Below, piece by piece: positions 39,752-51,085 of a stretch of 64,000 nucleotides of DNA (positions within the stretch are counted from its first letter, which is position 1; each line of letters begins with the position of its first letter). The translations under genes and the position numbers were made by a program. This DNA comes from Eledone cirrhosa (Eukaryota): positions 389,174,001 through 389,238,000 of the forward strand of contig OZ024740.1 of the NCBI GenBank assembly GCA_964016885.1, in the 5' to 3' direction. The notes beneath the pieces are model-generated. The model did not search any database. It was not told where the DNA came from and was given only the letters and a program-made list of their open reading frames with translations.

Positions 39752-40114
39752 ATGCATCATTGATACACTTACTCAAAATGACCTCCCACTACCTAATTTT
39801 TCTATATCTATATTTATATATGTATCTATCTCTATTTCCTCTCTCTATATATATATATATATCTCTTTCGGTCTCTTTACATGAAGCTCTTCGCTTTATC
39901 TATTTTTCCATCTCTCTATTTTGTCCCATGCATTTCTTCTTTTTCTTCTTTTTCTTCCTTTTCTTCGTTTCGTCTTTCTTTCTTTCTTATTTCCCTCTTT
40001 TCTCTCTCTCTTTCTTTCTCTCTGTATTTTCACTGCTAGAGTGAACCTCTTCAAATGAAGTTGATGTTTATTACGGTATGTCGAATATATTTATCTATAA
40101 AACTGTTTATATTG

Positions 40115-40180
40115 TATTTTGTCTGATGAAGGCATAGCATATTGTTAATATGATATCCCCGAAATATATATAATGAAATA
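40115..40180 (+). ncRNA. Type-I hammerhead ribozyme in inverted pLTR
   Basis: Exact mirror of 37316-37381. Confidence 0.75.
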
Positions 40181-40308
40181 AATATGGTTTTATAAATATA
40201 GTTTTCCATTTATTTAATATTGTAAATATACTCCAAGTATTTGTCGAGTGCTTTTATATCAGTTATAAATATTTACTAGTTGTAACCCAACAATTTTAAA
40301 TATAACTT

Positions 40309-40387
<79 letters not shown>

Positions 40388-40460
40388 CGTGCATATAATG
40401 TATATATGTATATATACGAAATAATGTTAAAACATGTTATGCTTATATAATTGTTTTATT

Positions 40461-40547
40461 ACATTATACATATTTCAATGGCATAGTGATTAGTAATCGT
40501 GTAATGGTTACATCATTAACAGACACCATTGTGATATCATCAGATGC
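40461..40547 (-). ncRNA. Hammerhead-like motif with extended stem II
   Basis: GCAT-CTGATGA-..AATGGTGT..ATGCCATT-GAA-ATATGTAT-A/ATGT. Confidence 0.5.
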
Positions 40548-40779
40548 TAACACAATTACGAAAAGTAGTTATGTTGATATGCCGCTAGTACAGTAATACC
40601 ATCCTAGTGTAAAGCGAGAGAATATATGACATACCGTATTTGGCTTCTTACTAGTGTTTAGCAGAAGTATCTACTTTCTGATTGGTGGAATTTGCAGACT
40701 CATTGCTCCCTCTCTTTCTCAGTACCAGGCATCTCTGCTACAGAAAGGCCAGGAGCTTGGCTTTGGTATATATATATAT

Positions 40780-41249
40780 ATTTCTTTTCTGAATTTGTTT
40801 AGCAAGATTCTTTATCTGAAAACGTGTGTTGAAACCGATATTGTTATGCTTTGGGAGCGTCATGTTGCCAATAAGAAACACACACATAGAACAAACAACC
40901 AACCAGTAACATGTAAATAAACAAATAAATAAACAAATATAAACACACACAGACACCCGGATGTAACACATGCGCAAACTAAGCACACAACACACACAAA
41001 AACAAGATGGCGTAGGACAGAACAAAGGAGAGGCACAAAAACAAAGAAAAGAATCCCCAGTCACTGAAGAGATCACAGAATGTGTGACGAAAGAACTTTG
41101 ACAATATATGAACAACCGTCCGGTTGTAGAACCAACCAACCAGCCGGAAATTTATAAATTCTTAAATTTATAAATTTAATTTATAATAAATTGGAGTGAA
41201 ACAACTGGTGCGTGTGCTTCTTATTGGCAACATGACCCTCCCAAAGCAT

Positions 41250-41257
<8 letters not shown>
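40780..41257 (+). mobile_element. Short PLE-type fold-back insertion in (TA)n
   Basis: ~50-bp inverted arms 40838-40886 and 41208-41257; one-sided tail 40780-40837; HHR inside. Confidence 0.65.
41060..41102 (+). ncRNA. Minimal hammerhead ribozyme motif
   Basis: GTCA-CTGAAGA-GaTCACAgaatgTGTGAC-GAA-AGAACT-T/TGAC; stem III is one change from the palindrome AGATCT. Confidence 0.6.
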
Positions 41258-41318
<61 letters not shown>

Positions 41319-41320
<2 letters not shown>

Positions 41321-41623
41321 TAGAAGGGGTATTTAATTTGTTGGAAGTCCAACAAATATAAATGTTTATAACTGATTTAAAGCACTCAACAGTTTACTGG
41401 AGTAAATATTCAATGATATTAAATAAATGGAAACTATATTTATAAAACCATATTTATTTTATTATATATATTTCAAGGGTGCCAAGATAAAATACAATTT
41501 TTATTTTTATAAAACAAACTTTGTATTTTATCTGATGAAAGCGTATCAATGTCTTGGTACCCTTGAAATGTATATAATAAAATAAATATGGTTTTATAAA
41601 TATAGTTTCCATTTATTTAATAT

Positions 41624-41629
<6 letters not shown>
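41319..41629. mobile_element. Hydra-like PLE terminus fold-back (arms ~41411-41487 / 41553-41628)
   Basis: Homologous to the pLTR ends at 40115-40311 and 41699-41830; bounded by (TA)n. Confidence 0.8.
41524..41584 (+). ncRNA. Type-I hammerhead ribozyme
   Basis: TATTTTAT-CTGATGA-AAGCGTATCAA(tgtc)TTGGTACCCTT-GAA-ATGTATAT-A/ATAAAATA; perfect 8-bp stem I, 10 of 11 bp in stem II. Confidence 0.85.
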
Positions 41630-41698
<69 letters not shown>

Positions 41699-41704
<6 letters not shown>

Positions 41705-44473
41705 ATATTAATAAATGGAAACTATATTTATAAAACCATATTTATTCTATTATATATACTTCAAGGGTAACCAAGGCAAATTATGGTGCGCTTTCATCAG
41801 ATAAAATACAGATTTGTTTTATAAATAAATATTGACATACCCGGAAAAAAGACAACCTTAACGGTTGGAGCTTCCTGGATAGTGGAGATAATATTTTATT
41901 GAGGGTAATACAAAGTTATGAGTGAGTATGCAAATGAGTGTCCGAAAAGTTGAAAAGATAACGGTTTGTTTAAATTAAACTGTTGGAAGAAGATGATATG
42001 TAAGGGAGAGAGAAAAGAAAAGGAAGGAGAAAGAGAGAAGAGGAAAGAAAGAACGATTATACATAGTGATAGTGAAGATAGTCAGTGAACGAAGAATGGG
42101 AAAATATACAGAGCGTAAATATATCTAAGTGAAAGAAGAAGTGAAAGAAGAAATAAGATTAACGTGGAAGAATAATATTTAGAATGTAGGGTTCATTACG
42201 TTGTGATTATAATATTTATAATGATAAGTTGAAAAATTAAATTAAAATTAAAAATTAAAAATCAAAATTAAAGATTAAAATTTACCTTAATATTAAAAAT
42301 TTAATTTAATATTAATATTAAAAATTAAAAATTAAAATTAAAACAGAAGTATTTATATTATATTAAGATGTATTAGTAATAATATATTGGTTTAGATGTG
42401 TATGTTATGGATTATAAATTATTTAAATAAATATATAGTATTTTACATTAGAGAAAATCTAGTATAGTTTATTTTATTAAAGTAAGTTTGGCAAAATTAT
42501 ATTTATTAATAGTTGTAAGTCAAAACTTAAACATCCAAATAATTCCAAATTTATGAAAATTTACGAGAGTTTACAAAGGAATAACTACTTAATTATATTA
42601 TAAAAACAGTAAGGAAGTATAAAGGAAGTTAGAAGTGATTTTTTAAGAACTCAAATGACTCCAAGGATACATAAAAAACTTTTAAATATTTTTTTAGAAT
42701 TTTTGAGAAGTCATAAATGTTATAAAGTTAAAAAAATGTTATCTTAAGAATATAATTAAAACATAAACCATATGTTATTTTATAAGAAGTCATAAATTTA
42801 TCTTAAGAGTATAATTAAAATATAAACCATAGGTTATTTTATAAGAAGTCATAATTGTTATAAAGTTTTTAAAAAATGTTCTTAAGAGTAGAGTTAAAAC
42901 ATAAACCTTAGGTTATTCCACATATATATAAAAATCATATGTTATTCCACATATATATAAATATTTGGATATATATTAAAAATGTTTGAAGATATAAAAT
43001 ATTGGAAGATATGAAAATAATGACTTTTCTATATCTTTCAAAGGAACATTCAAAGAATTTTCTAAAACCTTCAGAAAGTCTTTCAAGGAAAATTTTTCTT
43101 AAAAGAATTTCAAGTAGTCATATAAAAAAGGTTATAATCTATTGATAAGTGTAATAATATAAAGTATATTTATGAGGTAGAGATAATAGAAAGTAAATTA
43201 AATATATATGAATCATATCTAGATATAATCTGAAGGATGAAGTTGTAGGTGGTTGGATATAGAAAACATTATGTAGAGGAGATTAACCATATATTACATT
43301 TTATATATATATCTAAAAGTTGAGTTTAAACGATGTTTACAAGAAGTAAATAAATTATTACGTAAATTAATAGAGTTCTTACTTTTTAGTATAAAGAATA
43401 TTTCTTCAACGAAAAGGGAGCAATTTTTGGATAGAGCTGTGTATGATGGAGCTTTGGAGATAATTTCCCAAGATAAAGAATAGTTAATATTCTTGGATTT
43501 TATGTTCCATAATAAGTTGGATAGAGAAGTTGAAGATTTTTTACCAATATTCGTAAAGGAACATTTATGGTTATTGAAACGAGATTTGAAGTCTGTGGAA
43601 GTAGAGCCGACATAGTTAAAGGAATTTTCATTGGTTTTGACATTACAATTGTATACTATATTTTTAACTAAACAGTTATTATTTAGAGGACAGTTAGATT
43701 TATTTCTACAATTACATTTATCTGAATTTATATTATTGGGAGCCGTAACATTATATTGGATATTGCTAGAGGTATTAATGCTATTCTGGTTAGGTTTTAA
43801 GTTTCTATTATTAATTCTATTAATATTCTGCGCTAAATTCATAGTGGTGAAATATGAGAGTTTAATAGTATGTCTATTAAAGATTAAGTAATATCTGTGT
43901 GTCTTAGGAAAACACTTATCTAGAGCTTTAAAAAATAGTTTAGCTATTGGAGTTTTAATACTTAATGAGAAAGGGAGAGCGAACCATAATATATTTCTAG
44001 TTCTATTTCTTCTTTTGATTTTCGAGTTAGTGCTAGGTTTCCTATTATAATTATATTTATAGTTATGGTTAATTGGCACATCCTTATTATCAATGTATTT
44101 AATTTTATTACTATAGCCTGCTCTACTTAACGCTTCGTTATAATATTGTGCCTTATCTTCAAATATATTTTTATTCGCTGAAATTCTAGAAATACGTTGC
44201 TGCACAGAATTTACAATAGTGTTTTTAACGGATCTGGGGTGATTGGAATTAAAGTTAACATAGTTTAAATTCTCATTGATTTTATGAAATGGATAGTAAA
44301 GACCAGTATTAAGGTTTAAAGTTACATCTAAAAAATTAACTATTTTATAATTATTCTCTACTTCTACTTTAAGATTAACGCTATTAAAAAATTGTATAAT
44401 TTCTTTTCTTTTCCTATTTATTTCACAATTATTATTATTTTCAATAAGCAATAGCATATCGTCACGATATAAA

Positions 44474-44477
<4 letters not shown>
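41699..44477 (-). mobile_element. 5'-truncated Penelope-like retroelement, Hydra-like clade
   Basis: RT-GIY-YIG ORF followed by ~1.6-kb AT-rich 3' region ending in an HHR-bearing pLTR end (41743-41808, GAAA changed to GAAG); (TA)n at both ends. Confidence 0.9.
43294..44477 (-). CDS. PLE RT C-terminal half + GIY-YIG endonuclease (open frame, 5'-truncated)
   Basis: [37 protein letters not shown] (CxCx5Cx5C), [21 protein letters not shown], terminal CKH. The N-terminus of the listed 594-aa ORF is translated microsatellite. Confidence 0.9.
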
Positions 44478-44549
<72 letters not shown>

Positions 44550-44591
44550 CATACATACATACATACATACATACATACATACATACATACA

Positions 44592-44623
<32 letters not shown>

Positions 44624-44908
44624 CATACATACATATATATATATATACATACATATACATACATATATATATATACATACATATATATATATATACATAC
44701 ATATATATATATAAATACATATATATATACATACATACATACATACATATATACATACATATATATATACATACATATATATATACATATATATACATAC
44801 ATATATATATACATACATATATATATATATACATATATATACATACATATATATATATATACATACATACATATATATATACATATATATACATACATAT
44901 ATATATAC

Positions 44909-44948
<40 letters not shown>

Positions 44949-45008
44949 ATATATATACATACATACATATATATATATACATATATATACATACATATAT
45001 ATATATAC

Positions 45009-45047
<39 letters not shown>

Positions 45048-45080
45048 CATACATACATATATATATACATACATACATAT
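44478..45080. repeat. Compound (TA)n/(TACA)n microsatellite, about 600 bp
   Basis: Direct observation. Confidence 0.97.
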
Positions 45081-46393
45081 ATGGTGGCTGCCAACTCGTT
45101 TTCGAGTACGGCCACTACTTTATATCCATGTAGGAGAACCCCTACCGATGCGCTGAACGAGTGTGACTTTTTATTCCAGCCAGCGACTTGAAAACTCTGG
45201 TACAAACACTACACTTGTGACAATTATTGACACATAGTGCTTTACCTTTGGTACCATGTGACGACAAGTGCAGGGAGATCTCCAGATACAAAGCAATGCC
45301 TGTGCCGTGAAGCTTTTATAGTGAGCAAAGGCACTGCACAAAGCCAGTCCCACTCTCTTAACCAAGATGATATTTACCAAAAAGAAGAACAAGTCAACAT
45401 CATTGGATACCATCAGGGTTGCAGGTGTTATATCAGAGTTTTCCTTCTCCTAGAATTCTGCCTTGACAAAGGCTAAGGGGTCATCTCTCCCAGTGATTTT
45501 GGATGGCCATTGACTTCTAAGAGCTCCTTTGCCCTTTGACAGGTTTTGTTTTTAGTCCTGCAGGATGTCCAAAGTCACCCTCCTCACCAAGAAACCTTGG
45601 TGGGGTTGCCAGTTTAGTCGCCAACGACCCGACCATGAGACAGGTTGTACTGGGATACATGTTACCAGTAGCACCAAGTGGTGACCTGACATACATATAT
45701 ACATACATACATATATACATACATACATATATATATACATGGTAGCTGCCAACTCGTTTTCGAGTACGGCCACTAATTCATATCCAAGTAGGAGAACCCT
45801 TACCGATGCGCTGAAAGGAGTGTGACTTTTTAGTCCAGCCAGCGACTTGAAAACTCTGGTACAAACACTACACTTGTGACAATTATTGACACATAGTGCT
45901 GGGCCCATGGTACCATGTGACGACAAGTGCAGAGAGATCTCCAGATATAAAGCAATGCCTGTGCCGTGAAGCTTTTATAGTGAGCAAAGGCACTGCACAA
46001 AGCCAGTCCCACTCTCTTAACCAAGATGATATTTACCAAAAAGAAGAACAAGTCAACATCATTGGATACCATCAGGGTTGCAGGTGTTATGTCAGAGTTT
46101 TCCTTCTCCTAGAATTCTGCCTAGATAAAGGCTAAGTGGTCATCTCTCCCGGTGATTTTGGATGGCCATTGACTCTTAAGAGCTCCTTTACCCTTTGATA
46201 TACATACATACATATAATATATATACATGGTGGCTGCCAACACGTTTTCGAGTACGGCCACTAATTCATATCCAAGTAGGAGAACCCCACCGATGCGCTG
46301 AACGAGTGTGACTTTTTAGTTCAGCCAGCGACTTGAAAACTCTGGTACAAACACTACACTTGTGACAATTATTGACACATAGTGCTGGGCCCA
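45081..46393 (-). mobile_element. Three head-to-tail copies of a non-autonomous RTE-derived element (about 610, 460 and 165 bp)
   Basis: Shared 3' end ATGGTGGCTGCCAAC at ~45081, 45739 and 46228, separated by (TACA)/(TA) repeats; terminal C2H2-like finger remnant. Confidence 0.8.
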
Positions 46394-46443
46394 TATATAT
46401 ACATACATACATACATACATACATACATACATACATACATACA

Positions 46444-46496
<53 letters not shown>

Positions 46497-46518
46497 ACAT
46501 ATATACATACATACATAC

Positions 46519-46566
<48 letters not shown>

Positions 46567-46568
<2 letters not shown>

Positions 46569-46905
46569 GGTGTTGGATGCTTAAAGCGTCCATATGCGGT
46601 AGGCCGTATGAGCACTCGATGCTCTCACAGAGCAGAGTATGATATCACAGAAAAAAGAGAATCAGTGTTGCAACGAAAGGATTTTATTGGATATATTACA
46701 ATTGTTTCTCGGGGGACCAGCTCGAGGCACGAACGATATGGAAAATCTGCTTCGTAGAATCGAGACGTATCCGAGGACCGCGCGATTTCAGAGTCAGGTT
46801 TGATCACCATATCGATCGTGCCTCGAGCTGGTCTCCCGAGAAACAATTGTAATATGTCCAATAAATTCCTTTCGTCGCAACACTGATTCTCTTTTTTCTG
46901 TGATA
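46567..46905. repeat. PLE-type fold-back (about 100-bp arms) with only the 3' half of a hammerhead
   Basis: 46642-46741 is inverted at 46807-46906; GAA-ACAATTGT-A in both arms; one-sided tail 46567-46641; (TA)n flanks. Confidence 0.65.
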
Positions 46906-47567
46906 TATATATATATATATATATTTATTCAATCCGGAACCTTTTCACTCCTCCTGGAGGAACCCCTCCCTAATTGGCTTCCACCGTTTTCTGTTTTAGT
47001 TTTGGTCATGTCAGGGGTGTAGCCGTACTTACCACACATGGCCAATTGTGGGTTAGGGAGGCTATTTAACCCATAGTTGGGTAACTCATTTCTACAGCTG
47101 AGTGAACTGGAGCAACGTGAAATAAACTATTTTGATCAAGAACACAACGCAAAGTCCGGTCCGGGAATCGAACTCACAACCTCAGGATTGCACACAGATA
47201 CACACGGAGTTATGTGCAGTTCAGCACATCGGTCTTTCTACATGCGCTATTTCTGATTTCTTTGGACAGTGTATGTAGTATGTCAGATGAGAACCATCTT
47301 TCATTCAACTCGCATCTATTTCTTGGAAGAAAGGGACACTGTAAGTAGCGCTCGTCAGCCCTCTCACAATGAAATGTAGCTGATTCAAGAGAGAGAGAAG
47401 CTGGGGTCGACCCAAGCCTGATAAATTACGTATCGAAGAGTGAAAGGCAAAATCGACTTTAGTTGGATTTGAGATCAGAATACAAAGTTCTGGAACATTT
47501 ATTGTAACGCATATGTCCGTGCATGTTCTACATTTTCTTCAAATAGAGAGAGCAGGTCAATCTCTGC

Positions 47568-47944
47568 CAGTGTGTACGCCAATTTATAAATCTACTGTCA
47601 GTGTGTACGCCAATTTATGAATCTACTGACAGTGTGTACGCCAATTTATAAATCTACTGTCAGTGTGTACGCCAATTTATGAATCTACTGTCAGTGTGTA
47701 CGCCAATTTATAAATATACTGTCAGTGTGTACGCCGAATTATGAATCTACTGTCAGTGTGTACGCCAATTTATGAATCTACTGTCAGTGTGTACGCCAAT
47801 TTATGAATATACTGTCAGTGTGTACGCCGAATTATGAATCTACTGTCAGTGTGTACGCCAATTTATAAATCTACTGACAGTATGTACGCCAATTTATAAA
47901 TCTACTGACAGTATGTACGCCAATTTATGAATCTACTGACAGTA
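47568..47944. repeat. 31-bp minisatellite, about 12 copies
   Basis: Unit CAGTGTGTACGCCAATTTATAAATCTACTGT, contiguous with no spacers. Confidence 0.95.
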
Positions 47945-48277
47945 TATGTGTATTCAAGGCGGCGAATTGGCTGAGTCGCTAGAACGTCGGATAGAATGCT
48001 TTATGGTATTTGTTCTGGCTCTCTGAGTTCAAATTCCACCCAGCTCAACTTTCGTTTTCATCCTTTCACGGTCAATAAAAATATACCAGTTTAGTACTGG
48101 GGTTGATTCGTCTCTCTCTGGAAGAAATCTGCTGTACTCAGGCTTGGGGAGAGATGGGCTCCGCCAGGCTTAAAATGCCAAAGAAATGCCGTATGTTAAT
48201 ACGGTGCCCCTACGACTCTATCAGGAATTACGGGACCATACCAGTAACAATACCAATATGTGCTTTCGCGTGTGTGC

Positions 48278-48311
<34 letters not shown>

Positions 48312-48699
48312 ATGTGTGTGTTTCGGGGAACTCACGCCATCTTCTGGCCATTTAAAGTTTTTTTTCAGTCTTGGGTTTATTTAGTAACTTTTTTCCTCTT
48401 CTTATTTACCAATATTACAATATTTCTGTTTCGTTTGCTAGTATAGTCCTAGTTGTTTGAGAGACTCTACTTATATGTATTTCATGGAGAGCGCCCTCTT
48501 CAGCTTTTTTGGCGCATTATTCCTTTCCTCTCTGCTTTATATATTTCATTACACTTCTGGTGAAGCCAACTTGCTAAGTCAATACGTTTTGCTGCGGAGA
48601 ACCGAAACATGTCCGATGATTTTGTCGAGTTCACAGACACACACACACCCACACCCACACACACATACACACACACACACATATATATATATATACTCA

Positions 48700-49345
48700 A
48701 ATACAAGCGATATTCATTGATATATGTGAATAGATTTGATTTCTTATTTTATCTAGCATTTGAATACAACGGTTTTTTTATATTCCCCTCTATTTGGTGT
48801 TTACTTCTTTTTTTCTTTGTTTTTCTTTACCCCCCTTCGTATCCTTTTACTCTCCCACATCTTCCCTCTCTTTTGTCTTTATTCCTCTTTTCTTTTTATA
48901 TATTTCTTTTCTTCTTTTATTCATTCATCCATTTATTTTTTTTATTTATTTTTTATTTATTTATGTATTTATTTATTTCTTGCCTTTTCCTCTTCTTTGC
49001 ACCCCCTCTTGTATCAATAATTTGCTCTATGTCCTTTTCTTCTTTAAGTTTATCATATTATTTGTGGTATATAAACGTTGAGATTTGATGAAATAAATCA
49101 CTGCCAATAGGAATTGAATAATCAAGACCGTAGCGGTATGTCATACATCAAATCATATATTTTGTCTGATGAAAACGTACTTAAACAACATAGTACCTTT
49201 GAAATATGTATAATAAAGTATATATTTTGATTATGTGAATATTTTTCATTTGTTAACATTTTGAATAATATTAAAAACCACTGTTGAGTGCTTCTAATCT
49301 ATTGTAAAATTGTATTCGTTGAGTAATATATATATATTCGTTTGG

Positions 49346-49347
<2 letters not shown>
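48700..49347 (+). mobile_element. 3' end of another Hydra-like PLE subfamily
   Basis: T-rich 3' region, HHR, and tail motif CTGTTGAGTGCTT shared with the termini at 40240 and 41380; ends in (TA)n. Confidence 0.7.
49158..49220 (+). ncRNA. Type-I hammerhead ribozyme
   Basis: TATTTTGT-CTGATGA-AAACGTACT..AGTACCTTT-GAA-ATATGTAT-A/ATAAAGTA. Confidence 0.8.
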
Positions 49348-49375
<28 letters not shown>

Positions 49376-49379
<4 letters not shown>

Positions 49380-49714
49380 AAAAAGGGATGAAATCGAAAA
49401 TGCAACTGAAGTCTTATTTTTTTTTAAAATATATATATTTATTTGGTTCCTTTACCGGTTTCGCAGTTCTTCTGCTTTTCAAAAGGTGAGTTGAGATGGA
49501 GGGTCTGTGGTTTTTCAAAAACCACAGACCCTCCATCTCAACTCACCTTTTGAAAAGCAGAAGAACTGCGAAACCGGTAAAGGAACCAAATAAATATATA
49601 TATTTTTTAAAAAAATAAGACTTCAGTTGCATTTTCGATTTCATCCCTTTTTCTTTATACTTCCACTCGTGTAGGACACCTCGGTTATTTTTCATTTTGT
49701 AAAAAAAACCTCAC

Positions 49715-49720
<6 letters not shown>
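49376..49720. repeat. Near-perfect ~280-bp palindrome (centre 49516) plus one-sided tail, in (TA)n
   Basis: 49376-49515 mirrors 49517-49657 with a 1-nt spacer; unique tail 49658-49720. Confidence 0.92.
49546..49583 (+). ncRNA. Hammerhead variant with U3:A8 core (mirror at 49449-49486 on minus)
   Basis: CCTT-TTGAAAA-GCAG(aagaa)CTGC-GAA-ACCGGT-A/AAGG. Confidence 0.7.
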
Positions 49721-49743
<23 letters not shown>

Positions 49744-49745
<2 letters not shown>

Positions 49746-49791
49746 ACCAAAGATTAGTATGGTTCGTTGATTACTCAACGAATACAAATTA

Positions 49792-49837
<46 letters not shown>

Positions 49838-50047
49838 GTTTCTTATTATAGGCACAAGGCCAGCAATTTTGGGGGAGGGGAAAGTCTATTAAATCGACCC
49901 CAGTGCGTGACTGGTACTTTATTTTATCGACCCCGTAAGGATGAAAGGCAAAGTTAACCTCAGCGGGATTAGAACTCAGATCATAAAGGGCCGTAACTCT
50001 ATGCTGTAAAGCATAGCGTCCGACCCTCTACCGATACTGCCAATCCA
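49744..50047 (-). mobile_element. SINE + (AT)n + 47-bp PLE-terminus chimera, copy 2
   Basis: See 34151-34445. Confidence 0.7.
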
Positions 50048-50160
50048 CGTGGCTGAGTGGCTAGAGAATTAGATTCTCAATCGTGAGGTTGAGAGCTCGA
50101 TTCCTGGACCGGGCGATGCGTTATGTCTTTGAGCAAAACATCATTTCACGTTGCTCCTTC
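50048..50160 (+). mobile_element. 5' part of a second tRNA-derived SINE family (also at ~47080-47190 on minus)
   Basis: GTGGCTGAGTGG (A box), GCTCGATTCC (B-box-like), TTGAGCAAAACA..TTTCACGTTGCTCC shared block. Confidence 0.65.
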
Positions 50161-50284
50161 TGCCTGGATTTACGACCGATAGATAGTATTAGCACTTGGA
50201 AAGACCGATGGAAACATTGTTCGATTTGACAAGTACCGCCCCACTCGTTTAGCGAATGAAGTCTGGGATCTTGTTGATCGACTG

Positions 50285-50375
<91 letters not shown>

Positions 50376-51085
50376 GAAAATAAATTAGTTCACAAAAAAG
50401 ATTACAACTTTTTGAAAAGAAATAGATTGATTTGCAGAAATAATCGTGGTTACCTAATTTGTTTTTGTACTAATCGGTTTCGCTATGGATAGCTTTTCAA
50501 AATTTAATTTTCAAGATTACATTTGTGCTGGTGTTATGTATCTGAACCCGTCTCGTGGTCAACCACTGGATACTAAACAGACTAAGAGAAAAATAATGGA
50601 TATATGCGTGCGTGTGCGTGTGTGTGTGTGCGCGTGCGTATGTATGTACAGGAATTTGAAACATCTCGTGAGGGGCATGAAAAATTAAAAAGGGATCTGT
50701 GTAAGGGTTTATATGATATTACTTTACCTGGAGTTTCAGATGCTCGCTCAAATCGACTTTAAGTGAAATAGGTGTGGTAGACCAACTTTACTGAGGCAAA
50801 TCAAAGAAGCCATGTACAATATGTGGCCGATTATAGTCTCTTTAGCATTTCTTCTTGTCGGAAATGTGGAAAAGAATATGCCTCGGCCGGTGGAACCCAA
50901 CGTCATTAGAAAGCTCACCAAAACAAAATAGGGAACCAAAGTAGAAGTAATGTTCATCATTGCAGCATATGCAGAAAGGAATGTAAGTCCTTGGTATGTC
51001 CATGTTCGTATCACCCATGTGTGACAGGGGGATCATATGGTGATAATTCTTGAAATTGTGAAGCAGCCATCACGTATGTATGTAT

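Larger units (their letters stand above)
37272..40311 (-). mobile_element. 5'-truncated Penelope-like element (Hydra-like) with ~1-kb inverted pLTR
   Basis: Arms 37272-38289 and 39207-40224 are near-identical inverted repeats; spacer minus strand 38875-39160 encodes an endonuclease C-terminus (KNSFTDPNKKSSTALSGVLWQLK..CDLCAEE..RTNLFSCCKH); ~85-bp extra tail 40225-40311; (TA)n on both sides. Confidence 0.9.

Noticed and set aside
44418-45205. Long Y/I/M/V/C-rich ORFs, including the N-terminus of the 594-aa ORF
   Set aside because: Translations of (TA)/(TACA) microsatellite; the same applies to most short low-complexity ORFs in the track.
47568-47944. 31-bp repeat array as CRISPR
   Set aside because: Units are contiguous with no unique spacers, there are no cas genes, and the context is eukaryotic; an ordinary minisatellite.
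48555-48616. Hammerhead (CTGGTGA..GAAACATGTC)
   Set aside because: Core mismatch at A6 and no convincing stem I or II; at best a decayed relic.
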